A DNA stretch of 64,000 bases from Williopsis jadinii (lineage: Eukaryota). The position numbers and the translations under genes were made by a program. The notes below the pieces were generated by a model. That model was given only the letters and a program-made list of their open reading frames with translations, did no database searches and was not told the origin of the DNA. The stretch spans positions 496,001 through 560,000 of the forward strand of contig AP024667.1 of NCBI GenBank assembly GCA_024346625.1, in the 5' to 3' direction. This document shows positions 18,117-29,814 of the stretch, piece by piece. Within the stretch, counting starts at the first letter, position 1; every line of letters starts with the position of its first letter.

Positions 18117-19655
18117 ATGGCTCCAATATGTATGATGAATACGTTGTTAAGGAGAGGCAGTGCTTACACACGGTGTCTTCATTCACAACATCCCCCTGGT
18201 ATTTACACTCCCATTGCTCAACCAGTTCTGGCACCAGTTCCTGTCTCTGTCCCGGAGAAGAGCAGTTCAAAGAAGTACAAACGACTCAACAGAAGACGTC
18301 GAGGGAAAGTGGATCCAGTATCAAGTGAGGGTATCATCAATCATGACCTTTTATCAATCTCAAAAAGCTACAGTACAACCCTAATACCAGAAGCATTAAT
18401 CGAGCACTACTATCATCGCGAGAACAGTCGCATTGTGGAGAGTTTGGAAATAATTAAGGTCATCAGCACAGGACATGGCGTTGGCATATGTTCTCTTGAA
18501 CAAGGTGAAGGTAGAATGATTGTCATGGTGCCCTTCACCACTGTTGGTGATATCGTCAAAGTCAAACTTGGGAGACACCATTCTGTATACACTGAAGGTG
18601 AGATCATGAGTGTGTTGGTACCCTCATCGCTGAGAGACGACTCGTTAATCAGATGTAAAGAATTTGGCAAATGCTCCGGATGTCAATTGCAGATGATTCC
18701 GTATCAAGAACAACTTTCATTCAAAACAGAAGTTGTAAGGAATGCATACAGACAGTTTGGTTTTGCTGTTGATGACTTACCCATTGAAGGAACCATTGCA
18801 TCTCCATTGCAATACAACTACAGGACTAAACTAACGCCACACTTTGGTTCTAGAAGGGATAAGATCACACTTGGCTTTGAGTCAAGTGGCACGAGAAGAC
18901 TCTTTGACTTGAAACAGTGTTCTATTGCCACTGAAGTATTGAATGGTGCCTTGCAGAATGATAGGGATGAATTAGAAACCATTGTGAAAAAATACAAGAA
19001 GAGTGGAACAGTTCTCTTAAGAGACAAGTCTGTAAATGGCATGAGAGGGTATACCACCAATCATACAGAAGTTATCACACAACAGATCCAAGATTACAAA
19101 TTTCAATTCCCAGCTGGAGAGTTTTTCCAGAATAACAATTCGATTCTACCTGTTCTGCTAGCCCATATAAGGACTTTCTTGAGACCTGGACTGCACAAGA
19201 CCATTGTTGACACGTATTGTGGATCTGGATTCTTTGGGATTTCTCTAAGCAAAGGAATGGAGAGACTCATTGGGATCGAGATATCTAAAGGCTCACTGGA
19301 GTTTGCAACGAGGAACTCACAGTTGAACAATCTTCGCAACGCAGAATTCCTTCTCGGCTCAAGCGAAGAGATATTCAAGGGACTGGACAACGTCGACCCA
19401 AGCGAAACAGTCGTGATACTCGACCCCTCAAGGAAGGGCTCAAACCACGATTATCTGAACCAATTGGCAAAGTTCAAGCCAAGTCTCATCGTGTACGTAT
19501 CGTGCAATGTACATAGCCAGGCAAGAGATCTACAGTACTTGCTCAACAACACCGAGAATGGAAGCCAATACGAGGTTTCAGTCATCAGAGGCTACGACTT
19601 CTTCCCACAGACAAAACACGTGGAATCTCTTGCAGTTCTACAATTGAAGCAATGA
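18117..19655 (+). CDS. TRM2: tRNA (uracil-54-C5)-methyltransferase
   Basis: TRAM-like domain, CKEFGKCSGCQLQ, YNYRTKLTPHF, FFQNN, DTYCGSGFF, ILDPSRKG, YVSCN, DFFPQTKHVE. Start could be 18117 or 18132. Confidence 0.93.
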   Translation: MAPICMMNTLLRRGSAYTRCLHSQHPPGIYTPIAQPVLAPVPVSVPEKSSSKKYKRLNRRRRGKVDPVSSEGIINHDLLSISKSYSTTLIPEALIEHYYHRENSRIVESLEIIKVISTGHGVGICSLEQGEGRMIVMVPFTTVGDIVKVKLGRHHSVYTEGEIMSVLVPSSLRDDSLIRCKEFGKCSGCQLQMIPYQEQLSFKTEVVRNAYRQFGFAVDDLPIEGTIASPLQYNYRTKLTPHFGSRRDKITLGFESSGTRRLFDLKQCSIATEVLNGALQNDRDELETIVKKYKKSGTVLLRDKSVNGMRGYTTNHTEVITQQIQDYKFQFPAGEFFQNNNSILPVLLAHIRTFLRPGLHKTIVDTYCGSGFFGISLSKGMERLIGIEISKGSLEFATRNSQLNNLRNAEFLLGSSEEIFKGLDNVDPSETVVILDPSRKGSNHDYLNQLAKFKPSLIVYVSCNVHSQARDLQYLLNNTENGSQYEVSVIRGYDFFPQTKHVESLAVLQLKQ

Positions 19656-19763
19656 ACAAATAGACACCAAAGAAGCTCATCACGTTGTAGAATCACGTAG
19701 GCCTTAATTAGCAAGCAGCTTTCTGTCCATCTTAGCTGCGATGAGCCCGCGCGTAGGCAGCCC

Positions 19764-19789
19764 GCGCAGGCAGCGCAGGCAGCGCAGGC
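19764..19789 (+). repeat. Tandem GCGCAGGCA x~3 in the AMD1 promoter
   Basis: GCGCAGGCA GCGCAGGCA GCGCAGGC; a PAC element GCGATGAG sits at 19738-19745. Confidence 0.7.
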
Positions 19790-19958
19790 CCAAGCGGCCT
19801 ACCGTCCGCCCACCGCCACGGGCCTGTGAACGGCACTTTGCCAAAATTTTTTGAGCCTGCGTGGGCCAGTTAAGCCAGACAGAAAGAGATACCGAATCCA
19901 TCATTCCACCCCTTTTCTCCCCTTTGTAAAGCAGGATCCATTGCTAGATCAAGGAAGA

Positions 19959-22223
19959 ATGGACTTGTCAAAGGACCTATCACAGGTTTCAATTGACCAG
20001 CCTGAGGATAAATCGTTCGAACATGGCGACTACGCTGGTGAACTGGAGGATTACGACGATGCCTTATCGCATTCCACCAACTTCTCGTATGCTGAGGAGA
20101 AGACCATCAACGACCAAGACGCTAAGATGAGGGCCTTCGAAGAGATTCCACTTCAAAGAGATTCCAGTAAGAAGACGGTGAAGTCGAGACGTTCCTCATC
20201 TGCGCTTTTCAGCCATCCACCACCGCCACCAGTGACAAAGCCCAAAATTGCTGTCTCTCCGAAGCTGGTGCCAAAGAAGCCGTTGAAGCTTTCGAATTCT
20301 TATAAACTAGGGGGCAGAAATGAAGGTGTTGAGGAACATGACCACGAGACAGACGACATTCCCTCGCCAGAACTGGTTGAGCTGTATGGTCATATCAAGA
20401 CATGCCGTGAGTTGAGAAAGAAGTACCAGACTGTGTCATACCAATACCCTGAACAGAACCCAAAGAACCAGGACGACTGGCAGATCTACCCTCCACCTCC
20501 AAGACCAACCTATGATAACAAAAAGATCCTGCCTGAGTCAGCACAACCGGATTCAAAGACCTTTGACATTTCTAAATGCCACATTCCACCAGCTGATGAG
20601 ACCGTGGCTATCGGCAACAACAGCGATGACGTTCTGCAAATCATTGACTCAGATAGAAAGCCACTGGCCACTGACATTCCGACATTGAGGGACTATTACA
20701 TGGATATGGAGAAGATCATCTCCATATCCTCGGATGGGCCTGCTAAATCGTTTGCCTTTAGAAGACTGCAATACCTTGAGGCACGTTGGAACTTGTACTA
20801 CTTGTTGAACGAATACGAGGAAACAAGCGTCAGCAAGAAAAACCCACATAGAGACTTTTACAACGTTCGAAAGGTCGATACCCACGTTCATCACTCAGCT
20901 TGTATGAACCAGAAGCACCTGTTGCGGTTCATCAAGCATAAGATTAAGAACTATCCAACTGAAAAGGTTATCTTCAGAGATAACAAAGTGCTGTCTTTGG
21001 AAGAGGTTTTCCAGTCTCTTAACTTGACTGCCTATGATCTGTCCATCGATACATTAGATATGCATGCTCATAAGGATACTTTCCACAGATTTGACAAGTT
21101 CAACCTCAAGTACAACCCAATTGGCGAATCCAGATTGAGAGAAATCTTCCTCAAAACTGATAACTACATCCAAGGTCGGTACCTTGCAGACATCACCAAG
21201 GAGGTGTTTAGCGATTTGGAGAACTCCAAATACCAGATGTGTGAATATAGAATCTCAGTTTATGGCCGGTCCATCAATGAATGGAGTAAATTGGCTGCTT
21301 GGGTAATTGATAACAAGCTACTCAGCAACAACGTCAGATGGCTGGTTCAAGTTCCAAGATTGTACGACGTCTACAAGAAAACAGGACTGGTTAAAAGTTT
21401 CCATGAGATCATTAGAAATTTGTTCCAGCCTTTGTTTGAGGTTAGTATTGATCCTTCAAAGGATCCTAAGTTGTTCGTCTTCTTGCAAAGAGTTATTGGA
21501 TTCGATTCCGTTGACGATGAGTCTAAGGTGGACAGAAGATTCTTCAAGAAGTATCCAATTCCATCGTTATGGGATGCTCCTCAGAACCCTCCTTACTCTT
21601 ACTATTTGTACTACCTCTATGCAAACTTGGCCAATCTGAACAGCTACAGAGTCAAGCGTGGGTTCAACACTTTTGTCCTAAGACCACATTCTGGTGAGGC
21701 TGGTGATCCAGAGCATCTGATCAGTGCTTACCTAACGTCGGAAGGTATCTCACACGGTATTCTGTTGAGAAAGATTCCATTTGTGCAATACCTGTACTAT
21801 TTGGATCAAGTTGGTGTTGCCATGTCGCCATTATCAAACAATGCCCTTTTCCTCACCTATGACAAAAACCCATTCCCTTACTATTTCAAGAGAGGGTTGA
21901 ACGTTTCGTTATCCACAGATGATCCTCTGCAGTTCTCATACACTAGAGAACCTTTGATTGAAGAGTACTCTGTTGCAGCGCAGATTTATAAGCTTTCCAA
22001 CGTTGATATGTGTGAATTGGCCAAGAACTCCGTCATTCAAAGTGGATGGGAGAGATGTATCAAAGAACACTGGATCGGACAGGATTATTCAAGAGGAGGC
22101 ATTGAGGGTAATGACGTGGAAAAGACCAACGTTCCTGATATCAGAGTTGCTTATAGAGAGGAGACTTTACAGACAGAGTACGATCTTATCGAGTACTACT
22201 CTAGTATGTGTCTTGAAGGTTAG
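19959..22223 (+). CDS. AMD1: AMP deaminase
   Basis: RKVDTHVHHSACMNQKHLLRF, LRPHSGEAG, SLSTDDPLQF. First ATG at 19959. Confidence 0.96.
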   Translation: MDLSKDLSQVSIDQPEDKSFEHGDYAGELEDYDDALSHSTNFSYAEEKTINDQDAKMRAFEEIPLQRDSSKKTVKSRRSSSALFSHPPPPPVTKPKIAVSPKLVPKKPLKLSNSYKLGGRNEGVEEHDHETDDIPSPELVELYGHIKTCRELRKKYQTVSYQYPEQNPKNQDDWQIYPPPPRPTYDNKKILPESAQPDSKTFDISKCHIPPADETVAIGNNSDDVLQIIDSDRKPLATDIPTLRDYYMDMEKIISISSDGPAKSFAFRRLQYLEARWNLYYLLNEYEETSVSKKNPHRDFYNVRKVDTHVHHSACMNQKHLLRFIKHKIKNYPTEKVIFRDNKVLSLEEVFQSLNLTAYDLSIDTLDMHAHKDTFHRFDKFNLKYNPIGESRLREIFLKTDNYIQGRYLADITKEVFSDLENSKYQMCEYRISVYGRSINEWSKLAAWVIDNKLLSNNVRWLVQVPRLYDVYKKTGLVKSFHEIIRNLFQPLFEVSIDPSKDPKLFVFLQRVIGFDSVDDESKVDRRFFKKYPIPSLWDAPQNPPYSYYLYYLYANLANLNSYRVKRGFNTFVLRPHSGEAGDPEHLISAYLTSEGISHGILLRKIPFVQYLYYLDQVGVAMSPLSNNALFLTYDKNPFPYYFKRGLNVSLSTDDPLQFSYTREPLIEEYSVAAQIYKLSNVDMCELAKNSVIQSGWERCIKEHWIGQDYSRGGIEGNDVEKTNVPDIRVAYREETLQTEYDLIEYYSSMCLEG

Positions 22224-22298
22224 ATAAACGTCGTAACTATCGTTTCAGCTGTTTTTATCCGCGTGTGTTTGCTCTCATGTATGTACAAGAAGCCAGAG

Positions 22299-23273
22299 TT
22301 AATCAGTCCATTCTCTAGGGTTTTGTAGCACCTCCAGCAGCTGCTCTTCTCTGGAGCCCTTTTCTGGATGGTGGTCGTACTTCCAGCCTGCAGTGGCCGG
22401 TAGTGACATCAAGATACTTTCAACTCTTGAACCTGGGGTTTGTAAGCCGAATTGTGTACCTCTATCCAAAACCAAGTTGAATTCAACGTATCTTCCTCTT
22501 CTCAGCTGTTGCCAGTACTTCTCCTCCTGTGTGAATGGCTGGTCTTTTCTCTTTGCTATGGTTGGGACATAGGATGGCAGGAAGGCATCAAAGCAGTCCT
22601 CGACAATCTTGAGGATCTCCTCTGGATCTCTGTCGTCAAAGTCATCAAAGAAGATACCACCGATACCACGTGTCTCGTTTCTATGCTTGATGTAGAAGTA
22701 CTCGTCACACCACTTCTTGTACTTTGGATACAGGGCCGTGTCGTGCTTGTCCAGTGCGTCCTTGTGACACTTGTGGAACAGCTTCGCATCCTCTTCATAC
22801 AAGTACGAAGGCGTCAAGTCCGCACCACCACCAAACCACCAGGTCTGTGGAGTGCCATCCGGGTTCCATGTCTCAAAGTAACGGTAGTTCAGGTGGGTTG
22901 TTGGAGCATGAGGGTTGTGTGGGTGAATAACCATACTGAGACCGCATGCGTAGAAGGGCACGTTCCCATCCTCCTGAGTCTGCAAATTCTTGTGATCAGC
23001 CCTCATTCTGTCAACAGCCTTTGGAGGAAGCGATCCGTACACAACAGACACATTGACACCGCCCTTCTCAAACGTCTTACCGTTCTCAATCACACACGAG
23101 ACTCCTCCCCCAAGTTCTTCACCACGACTCCATGAATCTGCATGGAATTTGGCACCGTCCTCCGGCTCCAGGGTCTCCAAGCCCTTGGTGATCTCCTGCT
23201 GTTTACGGCGAACAAGTGCCTCCATTCTCTCACGGATTGGCGCGTGCTCCTTGCTGGTCTTCTGAAACGACAT
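22299..23273 (-). CDS. HEM13: Oxygen-dependent coproporphyrinogen III oxidase
   Basis: [47 protein letters not shown]. Confidence 0.97.
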   Translation of the reverse strand: MSFQKTSKEHAPIRERMEALVRRKQQEITKGLETLEPEDGAKFHADSWSRGEELGGGVSCVIENGKTFEKGGVNVSVVYGSLPPKAVDRMRADHKNLQTQEDGNVPFYACGLSMVIHPHNPHAPTTHLNYRYFETWNPDGTPQTWWFGGGADLTPSYLYEEDAKLFHKCHKDALDKHDTALYPKYKKWCDEYFYIKHRNETRGIGGIFFDDFDDRDPEEILKIVEDCFDAFLPSYVPTIAKRKDQPFTQEEKYWQQLRRGRYVEFNLVLDRGTQFGLQTPGSRVESILMSLPATAGWKYDHHPEKGSREEQLLEVLQNPREWTD

Positions 23274-23646
23274 CTCTCTAATTGTTCAACAATTCTTCCT
23301 CTTTGGTTGTTTGATTCAAGCGCTGGGACATTTCGTAGCGACGGGGGATTTTGTCCGCCTTTTTAAGCTTAAATTTTCGAAACTTTATCAGGCGATTTTG
23401 CTCTCCCTGGCAACGCGAGCAAAGTCATCACCTGAAAAACGTCGCAGTGCTCATCACGGATGCTTAAACGAGTACAAGTTCTGGACGCGGATCACCAGTT
23501 ACAGTGGCCTGTGACCTGTGTGATGGACGCTACAGGCTGTTGAGAGGGCTTTGGTTTTGTTCGTTTAAAGTGTCATCATTTATTTTACGACTTGTGGCTT
23601 CATAAGTCACCTGTAACGACGCTGATATATAGAGTCCTTGCTCTTT

Positions 23647-24738
23647 TTAAATGCTGTAGACGGACTTCTTCATCTGCTCCAGCTTCTCGCGTTTACTCTC
23701 TCTTCTCACACGGTTGTACAACAACACGTTCTCGTCGAATATGAAATCGACAATCACCATGATCCAGGAGTCGTGCTTCGGCAAAGGCTCGTAAAACTCA
23801 CTGGCGATTCTGTTGAGCTCGTATAGCTTGCTCCACGCAATATATGGGAAATCGTGGTGCTCGTTGTGGAGACCAACATTCCAGGTGAAGAAGTTCAAGA
23901 TCCCGTAGTAGGAGTACGTCTCAGGTGGTGGGGCATCGGTGTGACGGTCATAGTGCTCTGGCGGGTCCAGAATGTAGTGCTCTGCGATGAAGTGTCCTGA
24001 ACATGGGTGCAAGGAGCCCGCTAAGAATGAGGAGAACAACAAGTACAGGAACGACTTGAACCCCCAGTATTTGATGATGAGGTAGTCCACAAGAAACTGC
24101 ACAATGACGTTCAACAGATGGATATAGGTGAATTTGATCTGAGTGATGAACATCGGTCTCAAGGCGTAGAAGAAGATTTGGAACGTTGCAAAAAAGGCCT
24201 TACCCAGAACGTTACTCAGGACCGCAGCCTCGTAGTACGTTGGGAGATCGGTGTCCAACACCTCATCTCCTTGGTACTTATGGTGGAGTTGATGGTAAGG
24301 CTGGAAGGAAGCCGAGTATGGGATTCCAATAGGTATGTTCGTGAATATGGCAAACAGCTTGTTGTACAGTGGTTTCTTGAAGGCCAAGTTGTGGCTGAGC
24401 TCATGGATCGCAAGAAAAACGTTCTGGTTGGCAGTGGCACCAATGATGTAGGACAAGAGGAAGAATCTCCAGGAGAAGAAGCTCTTATCCCTCAGATAGT
24501 AGGCAATGGACAACTGTAACGCAACGACACCGCACACGATATACTTGGTCAGAGGTTCAGGCCCACAGAGCTTGGTCACGTGCGGGTACTTCTTCAAGAT
24601 CTCCTTTCTGCGCTGAGCATGTGGTTCCTCAGTATCAGTCCAATAGAAGTCGTTCAGCTTCTCGACAGGTGCATCCGATGGAGGCGACTCCACATGTATC
24701 TGTTCTGACGGGTTCTTTCTGTGTATAATGGTCGTCAT
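23647..24738 (-). CDS. DES1: Sphingolipid delta-4 desaturase
   Basis: EPHAQRRKEIL N-terminal motif; His boxes HELSH, HQLHH, HNEHH. Confidence 0.95.
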   Translation of the reverse strand: MTTIIHRKNPSEQIHVESPPSDAPVEKLNDFYWTDTEEPHAQRRKEILKKYPHVTKLCGPEPLTKYIVCGVVALQLSIAYYLRDKSFFSWRFFLLSYIIGATANQNVFLAIHELSHNLAFKKPLYNKLFAIFTNIPIGIPYSASFQPYHQLHHKYQGDEVLDTDLPTYYEAAVLSNVLGKAFFATFQIFFYALRPMFITQIKFTYIHLLNVIVQFLVDYLIIKYWGFKSFLYLLFSSFLAGSLHPCSGHFIAEHYILDPPEHYDRHTDAPPPETYSYYGILNFFTWNVGLHNEHHDFPYIAWSKLYELNRIASEFYEPLPKHDSWIMVIVDFIFDENVLLYNRVRRESKREKLEQMKKSVYSI

Positions 24739-25305
24739 CGTGGTGATGGAGGAAGCTGTTATTACTCTCTCCAGTGAGCTGAACCGAAAAAGACACCAAG
24801 GTGCGTACCGTACGTATATGAGACGAAGAGTTCGCTATGAGATCTTCAAGTAGACAACTCTGCAAGCCTTGCACAAACCTGCTGAAATGACTGTTCCTCG
24901 AATTTGTGATAGCCCACAGGAATGACACTGGCAGATGAGGAGCGATTTGTTTATGAAAAGACTTTGAAAACTGGCCAGTTCTTCGTTAAATTTGTAAGAT
25001 CGATGAGCCGATTTCAGTTTCTTATGGGAAACACGAGATCTGAAGCCCTTATTCGTTTAAAAAAAGAAAATGGCATTCTCGGACACATTTTTCCTCAGGC
25101 CAGCACTAAACGAGATACAAACGAACAGTCTAATGGCACCATACTGTGATGTTTGGTTCTGGAGATGGCCAGAGCCGTGCCTGACCAGTTCAATTGGTGT
25201 TATAACGGTTTATTCTGTGTTATACAAATGGGTTTCAGCTCCACGTGGTGCCCAATGATGGTGGTGCCACTTGGGAAAAACCAATTTTCTAAGATCTCGA
25301 ACAAA

Positions 25306-25377
25306 GCTCGCGTGGCGTAATGGCAACGCGTCTGACTTCTAATCAGAAGATTCTGGGTTCGACCCCCAGCGTGAGTG
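25306..25377 (+). tRNA. tRNA-Arg, anticodon UCU
   Basis: GCTCGCGTGGCGTAATGGCAACGCGTCTGACTTCTAATCAGAAGATTCTGGGTTCGACCCCCAGCGTGAGTG; cloverleaf, anticodon TCT at 25338-25340, T-run Pol III terminator downstream. Confidence 0.97.
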
Positions 25378-25651
25378 CTTTGTTTTTTATTTTTTCTCAC
25401 TTGGAGTGCTCAGCACGTGATCAGAGCGTGAGATTCACTACAATCATCAACATGTGGACAGTTTCAATACGTCAATATGAACCAATGGTAACGCAATAGA
25501 CCGTTTCGCTAGTGTGAGCGTATGTGACGTTCACACAGTTTAATCTACACGAGAGATCGGATCGCTGTCATCGTCAAAGTCGTACATTGTTTATTATTTC
25601 CACCGTTTGCACTGTCAAATCGTCACAAGACAAGGTCAGACATCTCTCTCA

Positions 25652-26842
25652 TCAATCCTTGAGCTTTGCATAACCTTTCGTAATTGTTTTCTCCACACCC
25701 ATTCTTTTCTTCTCTAATGTGTTTAGCAAATCCCTAACAACAACTCCTGGTTCTTCTCTTGCTTCCCTGAAACGTGTACTGATGTCATTGGCCGGGGATT
25801 TTGAGGATCCGCCTCCCGAGTTCATCCAATCGTACTTCTTCTTCTTACCAGTCATCATGGCAACAGTGGCATTTGTAGCCTTGTGTTGAATTTCCTCGGT
25901 GGCCTCCTTTTCGGGGCCTTCATTGACACCACTTTTTTTCTTTCTCTCTTGTCTTTTATCCTCCTGAGACTTTGCCTTCATGTTGAGATCTCGAAGTGCA
26001 ATGCTCAGTTCAGATCTTCTCTTGCTCTTCACGGAACGGCGTCTATGTCTCGAAAGAATGATAGCTCCAGTTATGATATTCTTCACCCACTCCTCCGTGG
26101 CATATGTTATTAGACCAATCAACGATGGGTCAAGTTGAGAAGAGTGCTTGAGGCCATTGGCTGATAGTACTTTACCCATAAACCAGTTAACCTGCTGTGG
26201 ATCCAGAAACGGAGTGTCCACAATCACCGGTCCCTTTGGTATTGAATCCTCCTCTGCAGCTTTCTTAGCAAGGATGGTCGAGTTCAACAACGCCTCTTCC
26301 GCTTTTAAATCGACACCAGCGGACACCAGCGCGTCAGATAGCTTATCAGGATCACCTCCAGACGGTTTCGTATTGGCGCTATTCTCGCTGTTTGTATTAC
26401 TATTGCTACCAGCGTTGGTGCTGTTTGCAGCGTCGTTGTTGGCGGTACTGTTATTGTTCGTTGCACCATTTGCCGTCGAACCCTCCTGTTTAATTTGCGC
26501 TTGAGAAGGTGACGGCGCTTGTTTTGCAGCCGTTAGCTGCGACTGTATCTGTTGTTCTTTACTCTCTGATGGTGCTGGCATACTAATGTCGGCCTGCAGT
26601 TCAATCGACATGAGTGTAGGTGTATCCATTGCCGATACAGACGCTGAAGGCAAATTCGACGGAATATGTAGCAGCGAATCACCGCCTTCAATCGCAGCCA
26701 GCGAAGAGTCTATGTCCCCCTCGAGGATATCATCCACCGACGGTGTCCCATGGGAGCTAATGCCAACTTTGGCTCTCTTAGAATCCCCTCCTTCCTGTGG
26801 CTCTGAAGGTTGTCTCTTTAGGGGAGAACTTGATTGGCTCAT
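25652..26842 (-). CDS. TAF4: TFIID subunit Taf4
   Basis: DALVSAGVDLKAEE, SRHRRR, HKATNATVAMMTGKKKKYDWM, VVVRDLL (histone fold and CCTD). Confidence 0.92.
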   Translation of the reverse strand: MSQSSSPLKRQPSEPQEGGDSKRAKVGISSHGTPSVDDILEGDIDSSLAAIEGGDSLLHIPSNLPSASVSAMDTPTLMSIELQADISMPAPSESKEQQIQSQLTAAKQAPSPSQAQIKQEGSTANGATNNNSTANNDAANSTNAGSNSNTNSENSANTKPSGGDPDKLSDALVSAGVDLKAEEALLNSTILAKKAAEEDSIPKGPVIVDTPFLDPQQVNWFMGKVLSANGLKHSSQLDPSLIGLITYATEEWVKNIITGAIILSRHRRRSVKSKRRSELSIALRDLNMKAKSQEDKRQERKKKSGVNEGPEKEATEEIQHKATNATVAMMTGKKKKYDWMNSGGGSSKSPANDISTRFREAREEPGVVVRDLLNTLEKKRMGVEKTITKGYAKLKD

Positions 26843-26869
26843 TGTCTGTCTGTCTGTCTGTCTGTCTGT
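26843..26869. repeat. (TGTC)6 microsatellite directly upstream of the TAF4 ATG
   Basis: Read directly from sequence. Confidence 0.9.
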
Positions 26870-27070
26870 TGGCCAGTGAACCTCTGTGCTGTCTTCTATA
26901 AAAAGGCGGGCCTCTTGGTTGAGTCAGTGGTTAATCAATGTACCAGAGCCCTCACAGGGAACAGTCTCACGCTTCTCAAGCAGAGCAATCAATCAAATAC
27001 ACGCAAACAAAGAGGCGCTCTCTTCCCTTTGCCAATGTGTTGATGGAAGCTTTGTTTCGTTTCCCTTGCA

Positions 27071-27093
27071 AACAACAACAACAACAACAACAA
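27071..27093. repeat. (AAC)7 microsatellite in the TAF4/RCL1 intergenic region
   Basis: Read directly from sequence. Confidence 0.85.
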
Positions 27094-27304
27094 ATCGCCC
27101 ACAAAGGCCCAGCGCTCCCAAAAAGGGCCGGAAAAGAAAAAGTCACTACGAGCCGCGAAAATTGCCTCTTTGGTCCTCGAGAGAAAAATTTCCAAGGCGA
27201 GCCGCCCACAGCCATCAAAAATTGCAAAAACAAGCACAGAAAGCTCATCTCATCTCATCGCTTCTCGGTGCTGTATACTAAACGCTGTGGAAGCCATAGG
27301 GGAA

Positions 27305-28393
27305 ATGTCGTCCAAACCGAAATTCATCACGTTCCAGGGGTCGAGAAACCTGCGCCATCGGTTTGTGCTGGCGACGCTGCTGGGAAAGCCTATAAAGATT
27401 GAAAAGATCCGGTCAGATGACCTGAATCCGGGTCTCAGGGACTATGAGGTTTCCTTCCTCAGGCTGTTGGAAGCCGTCACGAACGGGTGTCGTATTGAGA
27501 TCTCATACACAGGTACCTCTGTGATCTACTACCCCGGCATCATCACCGGCGGTGCCATCACTCACAACTGCAACTCTGAGAAGTCCATAGGCTACTACAT
27601 GGAGCCAATGCTGTTCTTAGCGCCGTTCTCGAAGAAGAAGTTCCAAATAGTGTTCAGAGGTATAACCGGGCTCAAAGGTGACACGAGCATCGAAGGGTTG
27701 AGATGGGGAATCCTGCCATTGATGGAAAAGTTTGGTGTTCGAGAAGCCGCTATCCACACAGTTAAGAGAGGCTGTCCGCCTATAGGTGAAGGTGAAGTGC
27801 ACTTGGTTGTGGATACGCTGCTGTCGCAGCCTCTGACCATGCACGCCCTGGAGATCCCCAAGATCAATGCTATAAGAGGTGTTGCCTTCTGCGCCAGAGT
27901 CTCACCAAGTATGGCCAATCGTATGATTGACAGTGCAAGGGATGTCTTGAGACCCGTGGGCTGTGAGGTGAACATCACTGCTGATGTTTGGAGAGGTGAA
28001 AACTCTGGTAAATCTCCTGGCTTCGGAATCGTACTCGTTGCGGAGACCAAGAAGGGATGGAGGTACTACAGCGAGGAGATTGGTGAAGCTGGTGAAGTAC
28101 CAGAAGATTTGGGCACCAAGGTTGCGTACGAATTACTGGAGCAGGTTTCGCATTCTGGTGTTGTGTGCAAGAGTCAACTCGCAATGGCACTGACATACAT
28201 GGTTATTGGTAAGGAGGACATTGGAAGACTCGTCATCAAGAAGGATCAAATAGACGAGGACCTTGTATGGCTGCTGAGAGATATCAAGCACGTTTTCGGA
28301 ACAGAGGTTTTCTTAAAAGAGGATGAAGACGATACGTTCATCGCCACTGTGAAAGGTGTTGGATTCGTCAATACGAGTAAGAAGATTGCATAG
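27305..28393 (+). CDS. RCL1: RNA 3'-terminal phosphate cyclase-like protein
   Basis: FQGSRNLRHRFVLATL, PGLRDYEVSFLRLLE, GKSPGFG, GVGFVNTSKKIA. PAC (CTCATCGC) and RRPE-like GAAAAATTT upstream. Confidence 0.96.
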   Translation: MSSKPKFITFQGSRNLRHRFVLATLLGKPIKIEKIRSDDLNPGLRDYEVSFLRLLEAVTNGCRIEISYTGTSVIYYPGIITGGAITHNCNSEKSIGYYMEPMLFLAPFSKKKFQIVFRGITGLKGDTSIEGLRWGILPLMEKFGVREAAIHTVKRGCPPIGEGEVHLVVDTLLSQPLTMHALEIPKINAIRGVAFCARVSPSMANRMIDSARDVLRPVGCEVNITADVWRGENSGKSPGFGIVLVAETKKGWRYYSEEIGEAGEVPEDLGTKVAYELLEQVSHSGVVCKSQLAMALTYMVIGKEDIGRLVIKKDQIDEDLVWLLRDIKHVFGTEVFLKEDEDDTFIATVKGVGFVNTSKKIA

Positions 28394-28470
28394 AATTGAT
28401 ACAATGTACATTAATACAACAGAGATATATGTGTGTGTGTGTTTTGTTTCCTCTTTCCTGTGTAGAAAGT

Positions 28471-29814
28471 CTATGTGTGTCTTGACAGGGGCATGTCATG
28501 GAGAGCATTGATCAGCTGTCCCCAGTTATTCGAATGGAGCTCTGAATATTTCATCTTCGTTCTGCTCCATTCCTGGAACACCTTTGTCAATTGGAACTGG
28601 GTCTCTTGGAACATGACGTATTCCGTAAGAACAGTCTCCTTTATTAGCCAATCTCTGTTGGTCTGTTCCGCAATCTCCTTTGTATCTTTGGAGATTGCCT
28701 CTTGTAGTTTATCGATATCCATTCCCTTGACATCAGCCTTGCCGTTCAACTCTTGTAACCTCTCCTTGTTTGATTCCAATCTCTTCGACAATTGTTCAAT
28801 CTGATTCCCACCGAGCCTTCTGTATCTGTCAAAGAGAGATTTCATCGATAACAAAACGTCTGCAAACTTCTTGAAATCCTCAGTGGTGTCTTTAACGATC
28901 TCATTGCACTGGTCTTCTATGAGTGATCTCGTAGAATCGACGTGCTTGCCAACTATTTTCAAATCGTCACTGATAATGGCAACGTCAACTTGATCAATTT
29001 GATACATTCCAGGCAATGCTGTGTTGAAATCTTGGAGGATTTTCTGGAACTTCTCTTCATCTTGCGCCACTTGACGGGATCTGACCTCTATTCTCTCAAT
29101 CAGTACTGCCAATTTGCTCCATCTGTCCAGGCTCGTTTGTAGATCCTTCTCAACGTCGTCCCACATATCCAAGTATGAGTCTTCCCATAGTGCCTGGAAC
29201 TCCCTTGAGCTCTTCTTATCTTTGAACTCCTCTGTGGAGTCGTACTGTGCTTGCTTTCTCCAGCTAGATAGATCTGTTGGAACTGTCAAGAACATCAACA
29301 CCAGTGGTTCTTTACTCAACACTGGGTGCTTCATCAACAGGTTCATAAACCTGGCAAGACCCTTACGTCTTCTCTCCAAGAACAGAGAGTCACCATTGGA
29401 GGCCAATTTCTTCGGAGGCAAGTCTGGGATCATCCTAAACGGATACTTCATCAGCAACACCTCCAAGAGCCATACAAAATCCGAATACCTTCTAACAACC
29501 TTGCGACTATTAGTGGAGTCTGAATCTGGTAAGGGGACGAGGTGCTGGATCGCATAGTTTGTGTGTTTGAAGAGGATCCCTTCCTTTTCTGGTATCTCCT
29601 CCACAGTGATGATGTCATTGGACAAGGCCTTGTAGCTGCTTCTAATGCCATTGGACCAATTGACGAAATCCAAAGCGGCCACGTTATCATGCTCCGATGA
29701 AACGTTGTGGTCATCGCTATCGTCAAGGATATCTTGTTCCTGCCATGCCTGCGAGGATATCGCATCACTTTCACCTGTGCTCCAAGGATCCTCTGGTGAA
29801 TACAGCCTGCTCAT
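28471..29814 (-). CDS. MVP1: PX-BAR sorting nexin
   Basis: PEKEGILFKHTNY, VVRRYSDFVWLLEVLLMKYPFRMIPDLPPKK. Likely ATG at 29814. Confidence 0.93.
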   Translation of the reverse strand: MSRLYSPEDPWSTGESDAISSQAWQEQDILDDSDDHNVSSEHDNVAALDFVNWSNGIRSSYKALSNDIITVEEIPEKEGILFKHTNYAIQHLVPLPDSDSTNSRKVVRRYSDFVWLLEVLLMKYPFRMIPDLPPKKLASNGDSLFLERRRKGLARFMNLLMKHPVLSKEPLVLMFLTVPTDLSSWRKQAQYDSTEEFKDKKSSREFQALWEDSYLDMWDDVEKDLQTSLDRWSKLAVLIERIEVRSRQVAQDEEKFQKILQDFNTALPGMYQIDQVDVAIISDDLKIVGKHVDSTRSLIEDQCNEIVKDTTEDFKKFADVLLSMKSLFDRYRRLGGNQIEQLSKRLESNKERLQELNGKADVKGMDIDKLQEAISKDTKEIAEQTNRDWLIKETVLTEYVMFQETQFQLTKVFQEWSRTKMKYSELHSNNWGQLINALHDMPLSRHT